A DNA stretch of 64,000 nucleotides from a virus: IMG/VR virus record IMGVR_UViG_3300042542_005394, positions 49,003-113,002 of that record; one strand, given 5' to 3'. The position numbers were made by a program, and so were the translations under genes. Each line of letters begins with the position of its first letter. Within the stretch, counting starts at the first letter, position 1. The notes beneath the pieces were generated by a model, which had not been told where the DNA came from, ran no database searches, and was given only the letters and a program-made list of their open reading frames with translations. This document shows positions 1-10,222 of this stretch, one piece after another.

Positions 1-1169
1 AAACAACCCGCCGCCGAGCCTCTGCCCGGTCCGGGAAGCCAACCATTTTTTCTTACATAATTAACAATATCTTGTACTATTAAAAAATAACTAGATAGAC
101 CAGCACCCTGTAATATATCTAATTCATATTTTACTCTGTCAACATACACTTGATGTTCTTCCTTGGGAATAACATTAGCTATTTTGGCTTTCCAACCTTT
201 GCGACATAATTCTCTTAAATACTCAGCATCATCCATCCCGTCTGGACAAGGAAATGGAGGTAATCTTGGTTTATGTAAAATATTATATTCTTCACACATA
301 TTAGCTAATATATTAGTATTAACTATTTCTTCTTCAGTATGAATCTCTTTAATTTCTTCCTGAGATAATATATGAAAATTATCAGATGTAAAAAAACAGC
401 CAAGAGCAACAGCCTCATCATTAGCTATTTTCCTACTAATGTCAGGAAATGTTGTCTTTAGATTATTGCACAATAAAATTCTTTGATCTGTTGCGTCTTC
501 TCTTCGTGCATAGTGAGCATCAGGAGTACATATGATCTTAGTATTGGTGATTTTAGATAATTGTCTCATAGCATCAGTTAATATGCTTTGTATTGGAGAA
601 TTATCTTTATCCATAAGCTGAGCCTCCAAAAAGAAATTCTCTGACCCAAAAATAGTTTTATAGGTAGAAATCTCCCGTTTTCCTATATCGACCCAATCTA
701 TTTTAAGTTGGTTGTTTTCAGTAATTTTATCTGCTATTACCGACCCAGGATGACCACAAAAGGCTATAATATTGTTGTTACAGAACTTGGATAACGTGGT
801 TAGGTCTAGTCTAGGTTTGTGATAATAAAAATCTGGCCTATTAGATTCTGATACTATTCTTATTAGACTTCTCCAACCCTCATAATTTTTGGCTAGAATA
901 ACTAGATGACTGAGTTTTTTATTTTCAGGGGTTTGTATAGACGGATCGGACTCACAGATATATAATTCACAACCTAATATTGGCTTTATACCATGTTTTT
1001 TCATTTCTGTATAAAACTTAACACACCCAGCTATATTACCATGGTCTGTTAATGCACAAGCTCTTACTCCTATCTCTAAACAACGTTCAGCAATAGTCGA
1101 TGGTTGAGAGAGTCCATCCAATAAAGAATAAGTAGAATGTAAATGTAGGGGGATATAGTTTACTGTCAT
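1..1169 (-). CDS. dnaE: DNA polymerase III alpha subunit, N-terminal part (PHP domain); runs off window start
   Basis: Not in ORF track. Manual translation from ATG 1169: MTVNYIPLHLHSTYSLLDG...ALTDHG; reads GPGRGSAAGC at the window edge, both DnaE motifs. Confidence 0.95.
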   Translation of the reverse strand, partial: MTVNYIPLHLHSTYSLLDGLSQPSTIAERCLEIGVRACALTDHGNIAGCVKFYTEMKKHGIKPILGCELYICESDPSIQTPENKKLSHLVILAKNYEGWRSLIRIVSESNRPDFYYHKPRLDLTTLSKFCNNNIIAFCGHPGSVIADKITENNQLKIDWVDIGKREISTYKTIFGSENFFLEAQLMDKDNSPIQSILTDAMRQLSKITNTKIICTPDAHYARREDATDQRILLCNNLKTTFPDISRKIANDEAVALGCFFTSDNFHILSQEEIKEIHTEEEIVNTNILANMCEEYNILHKPRLPPFPCPDGMDDAEYLRELCRKGWKAKIANVIPKEEHQVYVDRVKYELDILQGAGLSSYFLIVQDIVNYVRKNGWLPGPGRGSAAGC

Positions 1170-1173
1170 GTTT

Positions 1174-2214
1174 TTAAACGCTGCCTGGAGCTTTGTAGTA
1201 TCCTATACTATAACCCGGAACCTGATAGTGGTCAATCACCGCCTCTGGTCCTTTTATATCCATATCGTGCTTAACTTGTTCGCACTTGGTCATACATTGG
1301 TTTTTAGGTGTTATTTGATTATCTCTATATTCAACTATTGGTAACGCATGACTATTTTCGAATGTACTTTTTCCAAAATGACAAAACTTCGTACATTTCC
1401 AGCTTTTATTTAATTGGGGCTTATGTGTATTTTTAATAGTTTCAAATTTTTGTTTTAACATCATTTCTGTTTGATGTAAGTCTTTTTTATCAAAACAGAT
1501 ACTAAATGCTCCACCGTCATTTATAAAATAAATAGATACAATTACATGTTCAACTTCAGGGTATAAGTGCTGTATAGCATAATGATATATTCTTAGTTGA
1601 GCATCATTTTGTAATTTAGCTTGGGTTTTTTCTTCTCCGGTTGCCCAGTCAAGTCTCCGACCTGTTTTATAATCAACAATTTCTAATGTTTTGTCATTAA
1701 CTCTGGTTATTAAGTCTATCGTACCCTTTATAGCTAACTTACCTTCCAAAATCCCGTCTTTTGTTTCATATTTATAACCTGCCCAAGGCTTATCTATCTC
1801 TATATCAAAATGTTGTTCAGGTTGAACTATGTCTTGATTTCTTGGATCAAACATTCCATTATTGTATTCTAATGCCTTGTATACCCAGTTATGACAATCT
1901 TTGTAATCTTTGGGCGTCCACGTATGATGTTTTTCAGCAGATGAATAGTGTTTATATACTTTTTCAATAATAGTATTAAGATTATAGTCTGTCACATTGA
2001 TCGCGCCAATTATGTCATCCTCTATCGTGGTAGATTTATCCTGTGTGCCCTTTTTTATAACCGCAAGGATTTCCATCACCTTGTGTAAAACAGTGCCCTT
2101 AGCGGCTTTAAGACCGCTGGGACTTCTCATACCAAGTACGTACTCAAGCATGTACTGCATAGGACATAAACTGTGGGTTCCGTAACTAGAACTACGTATA
2201 TATGTAACTATCAT
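1174..2214 (-). CDS. Cas4-like/RecB-family PD-(D/E)XK exonuclease
   Basis: GTVLHKVME, GTIDL, EIVDYKTG, QLRIY motifs; N-terminal Cys plus C-terminal Cys cluster typical of Fe-S Cas4-like nucleases. Confidence 0.85.
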   Translation of the reverse strand: MIVTYIRSSSYGTHSLCPMQYMLEYVLGMRSPSGLKAAKGTVLHKVMEILAVIKKGTQDKSTTIEDDIIGAINVTDYNLNTIIEKVYKHYSSAEKHHTWTPKDYKDCHNWVYKALEYNNGMFDPRNQDIVQPEQHFDIEIDKPWAGYKYETKDGILEGKLAIKGTIDLITRVNDKTLEIVDYKTGRRLDWATGEEKTQAKLQNDAQLRIYHYAIQHLYPEVEHVIVSIYFINDGGAFSICFDKKDLHQTEMMLKQKFETIKNTHKPQLNKSWKCTKFCHFGKSTFENSHALPIVEYRDNQITPKNQCMTKCEQVKHDMDIKGPEAVIDHYQVPGYSIGYYKAPGSV

Positions 2215-2825
2215 TAGTTTAAAATTCCATTTTGATATAAGAATTGTTCTATAAATTGATTTTTATCAGCTATATTGATGTTTTGATTATTAATAACTGT
2301 GCTGAATTTTGACCAATCGTAATTATTTGGATCCAAAGCCATTTCAGCATCAGACTTTGATTCAAATGGATCTTTAGTGATTCTAATAACAAATCCATTA
2401 TTTTTTAATATGCTATTGACCTCATTGGGAAATCTACAATCAGCTATAATTGCGATATCTAAATTATCTCTTTGTATAGCTACTAAAGTAGCTTGGACCC
2501 AAACATCGTTTTTAATTTTACGAAAAATATTGGTACCAATAACCTCCATAACTTCTCTAGCGGTCATGGGACCAGTAATATTACCTAAATATCCTGGTAT
2601 ATTCTCCCATAAAATATCCGTTAAACTATTTTTATCGTCATCGCTACCGTAACACTGATCATATGTTAATCCTAGTATATTGATACATATGTCTTGTTTC
2701 AAAGGATCCGCAAAACTATAAACCTTATTTTTTAGACCCTTATTGTTTAATAGGTGCTGAACATACTCAGCACCAGTACTTTTACCAGATTGTTTTCTAC
2801 CAGAAAAAGCTATTATTTTGGTCAT
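2214..2825 (-). CDS. Deoxynucleoside monophosphate kinase
   Basis: P-loop SGRKQSGKS, SFADPLK, DCRFPNE as in phage dNMP kinases. Confidence 0.88.
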   Translation of the reverse strand: MTKIIAFSGRKQSGKSTGAEYVQHLLNNKGLKNKVYSFADPLKQDICINILGLTYDQCYGSDDDKNSLTDILWENIPGYLGNITGPMTAREVMEVIGTNIFRKIKNDVWVQATLVAIQRDNLDIAIIADCRFPNEVNSILKNNGFVIRITKDPFESKSDAEMALDPNNYDWSKFSTVINNQNINIADKNQFIEQFLYQNGILN

Positions 2826-3976
2826 TTAATACTTTCTATATAGTCGCTGATTTGTTCCTTGATCTCAACGGGTGTCATTTCTGCAACGTCAGCTTTGCTA
2901 ATTTGGGGAATAAAGATACGATAAGTATTTTTACACTTCAAGCTTATTTGCTCGGCAGCTTTACGTCCAGCGTCGTCTTGATCAGTTAGTATTATAAGAG
3001 TCATAGCTCCTGAAGAATCCAAAATAATTTTTTGTCTATCGCTTAATGACGATCCGAACATTGCTACGCTATTATGAATTCCATTTTCTTCTAATCTCCA
3101 TACATTACCTGGACTTTCAACAATAATCGCAATAGCCGATTGCTGTATAAAAGATTTGGCAAACCAAAAATTATATAGACAATTTTGGCTCTTAAAATTA
3201 GCGCTATGCTTCCATTTAGAGAATAACCACCTACTGTGTTCTGCTGGACAATCATGTTGATTGTTATGATAGGATGAACAAGTTTTACATTTTTCAAAAA
3301 TACTTCTACCAGAACAACCTATCATATATTGGTAGTCATTATTGTATATGGGGGTTACAACCCTATTATACATCTCTTTATCTGGTTTAGAACATAAACC
3401 TATATCATATTTATCTAGTATTTCTGATGAATAGTTTCTATCTATATAATAGGATGCTGGTATAGCTAATGATCTCCTAATTTGCTCTCTAGAAGGTCTT
3501 GGTCCAACACTAGCATTATTAGGATTATTTGTCAAATAAGTTATAGCATTAGAAAAGAATTGTTTATCTTTTGCTGTTTTTGATACTTTGATACTATTAA
3601 AATCTTTATTTAGAAACTTAAGAGCAAAGTCAAGAGCCTCATCAAATGAGCAGGCTTTGTCTCCATCTTTAGTCCATCCGTATTTATTATGAGACAATAT
3701 ACCTCTTATAAAGCCTATAATCGAAGACTTAAATATTTGTTCACAATTATGAGTCCTACATTTCCAATTACCTCTATATCTCTCTCCTTCTGGATAAAGA
3801 TTTACAGCAGATTTATTGTCACCTCCATGGATTGGGCAGGACATGCTGATCATTTTGGAATTATTTCGATAATCGATCTGAAAAGCATCTAATAAATCAT
3901 AGATACTATCACACAAATCGTCACAAATAATTTTAAGTTTAGCCTGATCTTTAGTTAAACTGGATTTCTGATTCAT
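2822..3976 (-). CDS. dnaG: DNA primase (Zn finger + TOPRIM)
   Basis: CPIHGGDN..WKCRTHNC zinc finger; IIVES and DQDDAG TOPRIM motifs; adjacent to helicase; start refined to MNQKSS. Confidence 0.88.
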   Translation of the reverse strand: MNQKSSLTKDQAKLKIICDDLCDSIYDLLDAFQIDYRNNSKMISMSCPIHGGDNKSAVNLYPEGERYRGNWKCRTHNCEQIFKSSIIGFIRGILSHNKYGWTKDGDKACSFDEALDFALKFLNKDFNSIKVSKTAKDKQFFSNAITYLTNNPNNASVGPRPSREQIRRSLAIPASYYIDRNYSSEILDKYDIGLCSKPDKEMYNRVVTPIYNNDYQYMIGCSGRSIFEKCKTCSSYHNNQHDCPAEHSRWLFSKWKHSANFKSQNCLYNFWFAKSFIQQSAIAIIVESPGNVWRLEENGIHNSVAMFGSSLSDRQKIILDSSGAMTLIILTDQDDAGRKAAEQISLKCKNTYRIFIPQISKADVAEMTPVEIKEQISDYIESIK

Positions 3977-5417
3977 TTTCACTTTGTTCATCAACAACGA
4001 AGCCATCTTGTTTACCACCCTTATTGTTAATAATTTCTAATCTAGTTCTGCCTTCTGTAATCTTAGCACACCAGCCCTTCATATAGCAATTGATATAATC
4101 ATTATCGTCCAAGCCTCCCCCGTGTCTACTAATCAATGGTACTAATTTTCTATTACCATTTTCAGGACCATCTTCTGCTATTTCTTCTGGGGTCTTTCTT
4201 TTGAATATACTAAAGTTGCTACATAACCAAATAATTCTATCAGAACCGCTAGCGGCATCTGTGCTTTCTTTAGTTATTCCATCCCTGTTGAGCTGTATAA
4301 ATGCTACGATTGGGACTTTGTATCTAACAGCAAAATTATGTAAACTAGTCATCATGAATCCTAGAACCTGATATTCTTTAAGGTCTTGACTCATACCAGC
4401 ACTATCCATAAGTTTTAGATAATCATAAAATATTACGCACTCCTTTGCTGTTCCGTCATCGTGTAATCCTACTTCCTTTACTAACCATCTTCTCATAATA
4501 GCTAGTTGATCTTCAAATGGTTTACCAGCAATACTTTTATGGAACATTCTTAATGTTTTAAGTTTATCAACAGATTGTAATATTTTATGCTTTTTATCCG
4601 GCGACTCTGAGAACTTTCCTGTTTCTATACTATTGATTTCGATCTCACTCATCATAGCTAATGTTCTATTAATATGATCTTCTTTGTTCATTTCAGTATC
4701 CATGTTCAAAGTTGGTATACCTAGTTGAGCAACATTAAAGCCAATATTATCCGATAAAAGTGTTTTTCCTGTCTTGGGACGGGCAGCTATAATATTTACA
4801 GTACCCTTTCTTAAACCTCCACCAATAGCTTGGTCATATACGGGAAATCCAGTAGGAATACCGACTTGATCAATTTTATTCTCTTCTAGATTCTTTACAT
4901 ACTCATCCAGATTTTGTCCAAAAGATGAAGGATTATTATCTCCATCATTAAGAAGAGTCGTGAAGTTGAAGATGGTGTCTTCTGCTATACTTAGAATTGA
5001 TCCTATTGGTTCGCTTCCGTTTACGTCTAAAATCTTGTCTTGAGCTAGTTCTAGTTGCTTTCTTAAAAGTCTGGCTATTTCCAATTTTCTTATTTTTGCA
5101 GCAAATTTTCTAACATTTTCCAGAACAACAGGAAAATCCATTACAGCTTTAAGATGCTGTACTTCTTCTTTTTTTGTAAGAATATGAGCTAAGCCTAGTT
5201 CTTCTGCTGTAGAAAAGATAGTAGCAATATCTATTGATGGCTTGTGTTCTCTTTCACATATAATTTTTAGGCATTTATATATAATATTATTACTATCAAT
5301 AGTGAAAGTAGTATCTTGTATAATATCTGCAATATCAAGATATGCGTCCTCACCATAATTACAAATACCAGCCAATACTGCTCTTTCAGCAGATGGATCG
5401 CATAGTACCATTGTCAT
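3951..5417 (-). CDS. dnaB: Replicative DNA helicase, DnaB family
   Basis: AERAVL, GIPTGF, Walker A AARPKTGKT, DYLKLM, QLNR. Confidence 0.95.
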   Translation of the reverse strand: MTMVLCDPSAERAVLAGICNYGEDAYLDIADIIQDTTFTIDSNNIIYKCLKIICEREHKPSIDIATIFSTAEELGLAHILTKKEEVQHLKAVMDFPVVLENVRKFAAKIRKLEIARLLRKQLELAQDKILDVNGSEPIGSILSIAEDTIFNFTTLLNDGDNNPSSFGQNLDEYVKNLEENKIDQVGIPTGFPVYDQAIGGGLRKGTVNIIAARPKTGKTLLSDNIGFNVAQLGIPTLNMDTEMNKEDHINRTLAMMSEIEINSIETGKFSESPDKKHKILQSVDKLKTLRMFHKSIAGKPFEDQLAIMRRWLVKEVGLHDDGTAKECVIFYDYLKLMDSAGMSQDLKEYQVLGFMMTSLHNFAVRYKVPIVAFIQLNRDGITKESTDAASGSDRIIWLCSNFSIFKRKTPEEIAEDGPENGNRKLVPLISRHGGGLDDNDYINCYMKGWCAKITEGRTRLEIINNKGGKQDGFVVDEQSENESEIQFN

Positions 5418-5818
5418 CAGCCTGCTCCCGTTGCGCACTTGTTACACTTGTATCTATCAATACTATCTGTTATTAGTACTGGATTAACTTTCTCTTTTTT
5501 ACCACAGACTCTGCATACGGCATTTATCCACTCAAATGGTCTGGCTCTTGGAACAGGAGGTAGTACAGATAGTTTTTTATCTATTGCGATATCTTCTTTA
5601 TGCATTCTAGCTTCCATCATAGCGTCAAATTTATTCTCTCGTGATGGCTTGGTCTTAGCTTTATGTTGTGTATTCTTTTTGGGTCTGGATCTGGATTGCT
5701 TTGCTTCGGATTTGGGTAGCTCCTCTTGTTTTATTTCATCATTAGACTGAGGCAACATAGACTGAAGCATAAGAATCATCTGTTGTATTTGTCTTGGGTC
5801 TAGATTTATATTATCCAT
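5417..5818 (-). CDS. Hypothetical protein with C-terminal zinc ribbon
   Basis: CRVC...CNKC; tightly coupled in the operon. Confidence 0.75.
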   Translation of the reverse strand: MDNINLDPRQIQQMILMLQSMLPQSNDEIKQEELPKSEAKQSRSRPKKNTQHKAKTKPSRENKFDAMMEARMHKEDIAIDKKLSVLPPVPRARPFEWINAVCRVCGKKEKVNPVLITDSIDRYKCNKCATGAG

Positions 5819-6302
5819 TTTTTGTCACCAGTTTAATCTTTTGAATAGAAATTAGTATGTCAGATAAATTTTTGATCGAGTTAGCCAAATAAGATAGTCT
5901 ATCTGTTCGTTGTTTTGCATAGATCTTAATCTTATTGATAGCTTGTGCTTTTTCATTATGTTTGATAGCTTGTAGAGATTTTTCTACGTATCCGTATCCC
6001 TTATAATTATTAATTTCGTCAGCTATAACCATTTTGATTGTTTCATCGGCCCAGTTATTACGAGCTATTTCTCTATTTATAGTACGTTGTATATAAAAAG
6101 AAAACTGAGCTAATCTATAAGATATTTGAGCACAATCTTCCGGTGTTATTTTTTCTAGCTCTGTTCTATCCATGGTTAAATAATTATTAAGCTCTTGCTC
6201 TGGCATACCATTACTATTATATTTTGGTAAGCCGAGTCCTTTCTCATATTCATCTAGGATATTATCCCAGTCTTGTAATTCTTCCTTAGCTGTTTTGTTC
6301 AT
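5811..6302 (-). CDS. Hypothetical helical protein (possible recombination mediator by position)
   Basis: Coupled ORF between recA and dnaB; function not recognisable from sequence. Confidence 0.7.
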   Translation of the reverse strand: MNKTAKEELQDWDNILDEYEKGLGLPKYNSNGMPEQELNNYLTMDRTELEKITPEDCAQISYRLAQFSFYIQRTINREIARNNWADETIKMVIADEINNYKGYGYVEKSLQAIKHNEKAQAINKIKIYAKQRTDRLSYLANSIKNLSDILISIQKIKLVTKNG

Positions 6303-6702
6303 TTGTTAACCTTCCAGTCCACTGGTTTTCATTTTCATGAAATGGTAATGCTATAAATTTTATCTGATTATTTTCACACCATTCTACTTTTTCACGATCT
6401 CTTTTTTGTGATCTTATAAAGCCCAAAGTATTATGATGGTAAAAGGGTACAAACTTATAATGCTGTTCTCCATGTACTTCTACGCACATCTGAATTAATG
6501 GTAGATAAAAATCTAGAAATAATGTTTCATTCTTCCTAATTACTACAGGCACCTCTTCCAATATTTGCAAAGTTGGAAAGCATAACATGAGTATTGAGCG
6601 AGCTTTGAGATGCAAATTAGATTTATTGGCAATTTTACCCTTAGCCATATTCCCGGTAAGTTGCCATTGAGATACGTTTCCTTCCAAATCTCTTACTATC
6701 AT
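6286..6702 (-). CDS. PD-(D/E)XK endonuclease, Vsr/DUF559-like
   Basis: LDFYLP..CVEVHGEQHY..RDREK. Confidence 0.8.
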   Translation of the reverse strand: MIVRDLEGNVSQWQLTGNMAKGKIANKSNLHLKARSILMLCFPTLQILEEVPVVIRKNETLFLDFYLPLIQMCVEVHGEQHYKFVPFYHHNTLGFIRSQKRDREKVEWCENNQIKFIALPFHENENQWTGRLTNEQNS

Positions 6703-7721
6703 CCTTTGATCCCCATTGTCTCCTTAACTTTTAGCCACAGACTTTCGTATACCTCAGGATTGTCTACAAGATACTGGCGAACCTTTTCTGTTCCCTGAAA
6801 TTTAGGTTTTGATTCGACCGTTGTTATAGTATACCAAGCTCCTGCTTTATGTATCAGTCCCAAGTCTGAGGCCAGTGTAACTATTTCTGTTTGTTTGTCA
6901 ATACCTTGACCATATCTAATATAGCTAGTTATAGTGCCTCCAGGCGGACCTAATGCTGAACACTGTACTTGCCACTGTATTTCTTGACCTATTTGTTGAC
7001 CGTCTTCTGCTGATCCAACTTTCCATGGTCTATGAAATTGAGCTTTTAACTTAATGTCTGTTTGATATGCAATAGCCTGACCGCTTTTCTCTTTCCATTC
7101 ACTATGACCCAAGCCAGGGTTACCCATAAGATGAGTAATACCGATAACAATATTTCTATTGACAGGAATAACATTGGCAACTTTTCTACAAAACTTAGCC
7201 AATAATTTAGCTCCGTCTGCTCTTTGCATCTTGTCCATATCGCTAGTAATTTCGGCCTCTGTACATAATGCGGAGTATGAGTCTATGATTAAAACAGATC
7301 CAGGTATTTCATTAATAATTCTTTCGCCTATTTGTAGATATTCTTCGGCATGTAATATTTTACCTTGCTTAGACCCTATAACATTAAACCGTGTCAAATC
7401 AAGGCCAGGTATACCCTCCAGATCTCGTTTTTTAAGCCGTCCCTCAATGTTAAGATAGTATACATTTCGACCTTCGGCAAAGGAACTGTGAGCGTATTCT
7501 TTTCTTTGTGCTGTGGCACAAAAATCTAATGAGGTTGTAGTTTTTCCACATTTTGGTTGACCAGTTAAAATCACAAAACTACCTTCGGGAATTCCACCAT
7601 TTAGAACAATATCCAAAGAGGGACTAACTGGTATTGTGATCAATTTCTTATCCACAATGGAATTACCATTAAGGATAATATCATCGCCAAATTTTTTGAC
7701 TACGTCTTCCTTTAAGCTCAT
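6699..7721 (-). CDS. recA: RecA/UvsX-like recombinase
   Basis: SLDIVLNGGIP, GQPKCGKTT, IIDS, GAWY, FQG. Confidence 0.93.
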   Translation of the reverse strand: MSLKEDVVKKFGDDIILNGNSIVDKKLITIPVSPSLDIVLNGGIPEGSFVILTGQPKCGKTTTSLDFCATAQRKEYAHSSFAEGRNVYYLNIEGRLKKRDLEGIPGLDLTRFNVIGSKQGKILHAEEYLQIGERIINEIPGSVLIIDSYSALCTEAEITSDMDKMQRADGAKLLAKFCRKVANVIPVNRNIVIGITHLMGNPGLGHSEWKEKSGQAIAYQTDIKLKAQFHRPWKVGSAEDGQQIGQEIQWQVQCSALGPPGGTITSYIRYGQGIDKQTEIVTLASDLGLIHKAGAWYTITTVESKPKFQGTEKVRQYLVDNPEVYESLWLKVKETMGIKG

Positions 7722-8140
7722 TATTCTAAATCCTTCAGTTTTGAAATAATATTATTTTTAGTATTTTGTTGTTTTCCGAATTTAACGTTTGAGCTTCTAT
7801 CTATCTCTAACGTAATTTGTTTATTTTCTGAAGCTATCAATGCTTCCTGTTGTTCTATGATAGCTGGCAGATGGGGCGCTCGCAACGAATATATTCTTTT
7901 TCCAACATCAGTAGCAAGCGCCTTTATAATTGCTTTTGAACTATATTTTTTTAGCAATTTATGAGCAGAGCCTATTTGATTCCTATAAAAAGTTGCCCAT
8001 TTTTTTTCTACCCAAAACCTATAGTGCAGATCTTCTTTTTGGGAGACTGCTTTTCTTTCACAGATGATTTCTGTTATAAATTGAGCTGCTGATACTGGCT
8101 TATTGTTGGAATAACGAGATAGATATGTATCATTTTTCAT
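7721..8140 (-). CDS. Hypothetical protein
   Basis: Coupled ORF; start refined to MKNDTY. Confidence 0.7.
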   Translation of the reverse strand: MKNDTYLSRYSNNKPVSAAQFITEIICERKAVSQKEDLHYRFWVEKKWATFYRNQIGSAHKLLKKYSSKAIIKALATDVGKRIYSLRAPHLPAIIEQQEALIASENKQITLEIDRSSNVKFGKQQNTKNNIISKLKDLE

Positions 8141-8552
8141 GTTTTTTATTAGAGTGGATAATCCTGCAAGTTTCTTCCAAAGTAGTATGGAACTTATCAA
8201 AAAACTTATCTATATGTGGTTTATAGTCATCGTCTGTTTGTATAGGTATGTGGTAAAATTTTTCTATTATATCAACAATTGACAATAGTTGTCCGTGTTC
8301 ACCTATCTGAGAAGCCTCTGCTTTGATTATAAAAACCAATTCATTAGGAGAGCCTGTAATATTTTTCTTTTTGATAATATCAGGATGCTCTGTGGATAAA
8401 TCTATATACGGATCAACTATGTCTTCTAGTTTTTGATTTTTTTGATTTTTTTGATCTTCTAAAGAGGATAATAACTTGTTTTGAATCTTGTCTAGTATTT
8501 GTTTTTCTTCATCGGATAGTTCGTTTACAATTTCTTGGAAAAAATCAGACAT
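8130..8552 (-). CDS. Hypothetical protein
   Basis: Operonic ORF. Confidence 0.7.
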   Translation of the reverse strand: MSDFFQEIVNELSDEEKQILDKIQNKLLSSLEDQKNQKNQKLEDIVDPYIDLSTEHPDIIKKKNITGSPNELVFIIKAEASQIGEHGQLLSIVDIIEKFYHIPIQTDDDYKPHIDKFFDKFHTTLEETCRIIHSNKKHEK

Positions 8553-8554
8553 AA

Positions 8555-8896
8555 TTATTTACTATATGGTCTATAGATACCTTTCTGGATTTTGGAAGAA
8601 GAATTAGTATTCTTTTTTAAATCATCATTCAATTGAGATGCTTCTTTGGTCATTATAGCTACGCTTCGAGTTTTATTAGAAGACTCTGTTATCATAAGGT
8701 TTTTGGATCGTGATCCATTAACCGGCGAAGTTTTGGTTTGCAAACCTTTTTCTGAAGTCTTATTAGCGTATTCTATTATAGTATTTGCAATTTGTGTTTT
8801 ACCAAGTTTTGTCTCTGCAACTATAGCTTCAGTGTCTAAACCCTGACTACTCAACCATAATATCGCATACTTTTGCATTTTATTTATTCTAGCCAT
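8555..8896 (-). CDS. Hypothetical protein (possible N-terminal HTH)
   Basis: Operonic ORF; GLDTEAIVAETKLGKTQI resembles an HTH. Confidence 0.65.
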   Translation of the reverse strand: MARINKMQKYAILWLSSQGLDTEAIVAETKLGKTQIANTIIEYANKTSEKGLQTKTSPVNGSRSKNLMITESSNKTRSVAIMTKEASQLNDDLKKNTNSSSKIQKGIYRPYSK

Positions 8897-9288
8897 TACT
8901 CGTGCTCCCTTTCTGCATTAATTAACCATGATACATTTTTTGTGTTCAAGAACTCTAAATACATATTAAAAACCTTTTGTCCTACTTCTTTGAATCTGTC
9001 GTTGGATCTACAAATCCTATTAAGAAATGTATGAGTTTTTTCTTGTCCATAGATTGATAAAGGATTATAGAACTTACCGTTGTTTCCTAGTCTAATGCTG
9101 TATTTTAGAGTACCGTTTTTTCTTGTGGTTTTTTTAGCAAATACCGAACTATTCTCTTCCTCAACCCTTGCTCTATTGGATTCATCTATAAAAGATTCGT
9201 GATCTCGCAGAGTATAGAACTCTACTGTTTCTTCAGTGTTGATTTTTTTTGTAAATAAACTACTGGGCTTAAAAATAAAATTATCCAT
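8896..9288 (-). CDS. Hypothetical protein
   Basis: Operonic ORF. Confidence 0.7.
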   Translation of the reverse strand: MDNFIFKPSSLFTKKINTEETVEFYTLRDHESFIDESNRARVEEENSSVFAKKTTRKNGTLKYSIRLGNNGKFYNPLSIYGQEKTHTFLNRICRSNDRFKEVGQKVFNMYLEFLNTKNVSWLINAEREHE

Positions 9289-9643
9289 CTTGTCTCCATT
9301 TAATTTTCTGCTTGGGCCTTTGTAATCTGCTCATACCTTTTGGAAGTTCTTTAGTAGAAGCGGGTTCTTTATATTCATTATGTTTTTTGCCCAAGTGAGC
9401 CTTGTGGTCTTCGCTCATCTTATCTCTATTCCTATTTGCCAGATCTCCAATAGTTTTTAACTCGCTGTCGCTTTTCTTTATTGATGTATTTAAAGTAAGT
9501 AGATCCTCAACATAAAGTCTTGATACTTTTTTATCTTTATTACAAGATGGACAAATCTTTTTAGATTTATCATATTGCTGTAAAGATAGATAAAGCTCGA
9601 ATTTTTCTTTACATCCGTCGCAAAAAAATGAATATGTTGGCAT
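9281..9643 (-). CDS. FmdB-family zinc-ribbon protein
   Basis: MPTYSFFCDGC...FE...CPSC. Confidence 0.85.
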   Translation of the reverse strand: MPTYSFFCDGCKEKFELYLSLQQYDKSKKICPSCNKDKKVSRLYVEDLLTLNTSIKKSDSELKTIGDLANRNRDKMSEDHKAHLGKKHNEYKEPASTKELPKGMSRLQRPKQKIKWRQDG

Positions 9644-9646
9644 GTT

Positions 9647-10222
9647 TTATATATAGGAATCAGGCAAATAAATTTTCCATTCGTTCGGTATGTCTGATCT
9701 TATTCTAAGAAGAAAGTGAGATATAGGCAAGTACTTGGGGCTTTTATTTGGTATCATCGGAAGATTTCTAATAGGCATATTAGCCTGTTTAGGTGTTCTA
9801 TTTCCTTTTTTACGATTACATTCTACGCAAGCTGTTACTATATTTGTCCAATTCGTTGGTGATCCATTCTTATTTTTCCATAATGATTTTGGAATAACAT
9901 GATCATAGGTTAATTTAGCTATTTCTTTAGTTTCTCCACAATACTGACAGCTATAATTATCTCTTATAAAAATATTTTTTCTAGAGAAATTAACTTTAGC
10001 ATTATTCACTCTAAAATATTTAGATGTTCTTATCACTGCTGGTATTGGAAATTTTTTGTTATTAGTACCATTAATATAATCATTTTTGTAGAAGTCTATA
10101 ACTTCTATATGAGAATGATTGCTATCTATTAATGACCATGTTATAGCTCTTTTCCAATCAACAATAGCTAATGGCGTAAAATCAGCATTTAACACCAAGC
10201 ATTTACTGTGTCTTATTTTCAT
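9647..10222 (-). CDS. HNH endonuclease (McrA-like)
   Basis: LVLNADF, RDNYSCQYCG, TYDHVIP, NIVTACVECNRKKG. Confidence 0.9.
   Translation of the reverse strand: MKIRHSKCLVLNADFTPLAIVDWKRAITWSLIDSNHSHIEVIDFYKNDYINGTNNKKFPIPAVIRTSKYFRVNNAKVNFSRKNIFIRDNYSCQYCGETKEIAKLTYDHVIPKSLWKNKNGSPTNWTNIVTACVECNRKKGNRTPKQANMPIRNLPMIPNKSPKYLPISHFLLRIRSDIPNEWKIYLPDSYI

Noticed and set aside
1174-2214. CRISPR-Cas locus suggested by the Cas4-like gene
   Set aside because: No repeat-spacer array or other cas genes seen in the window
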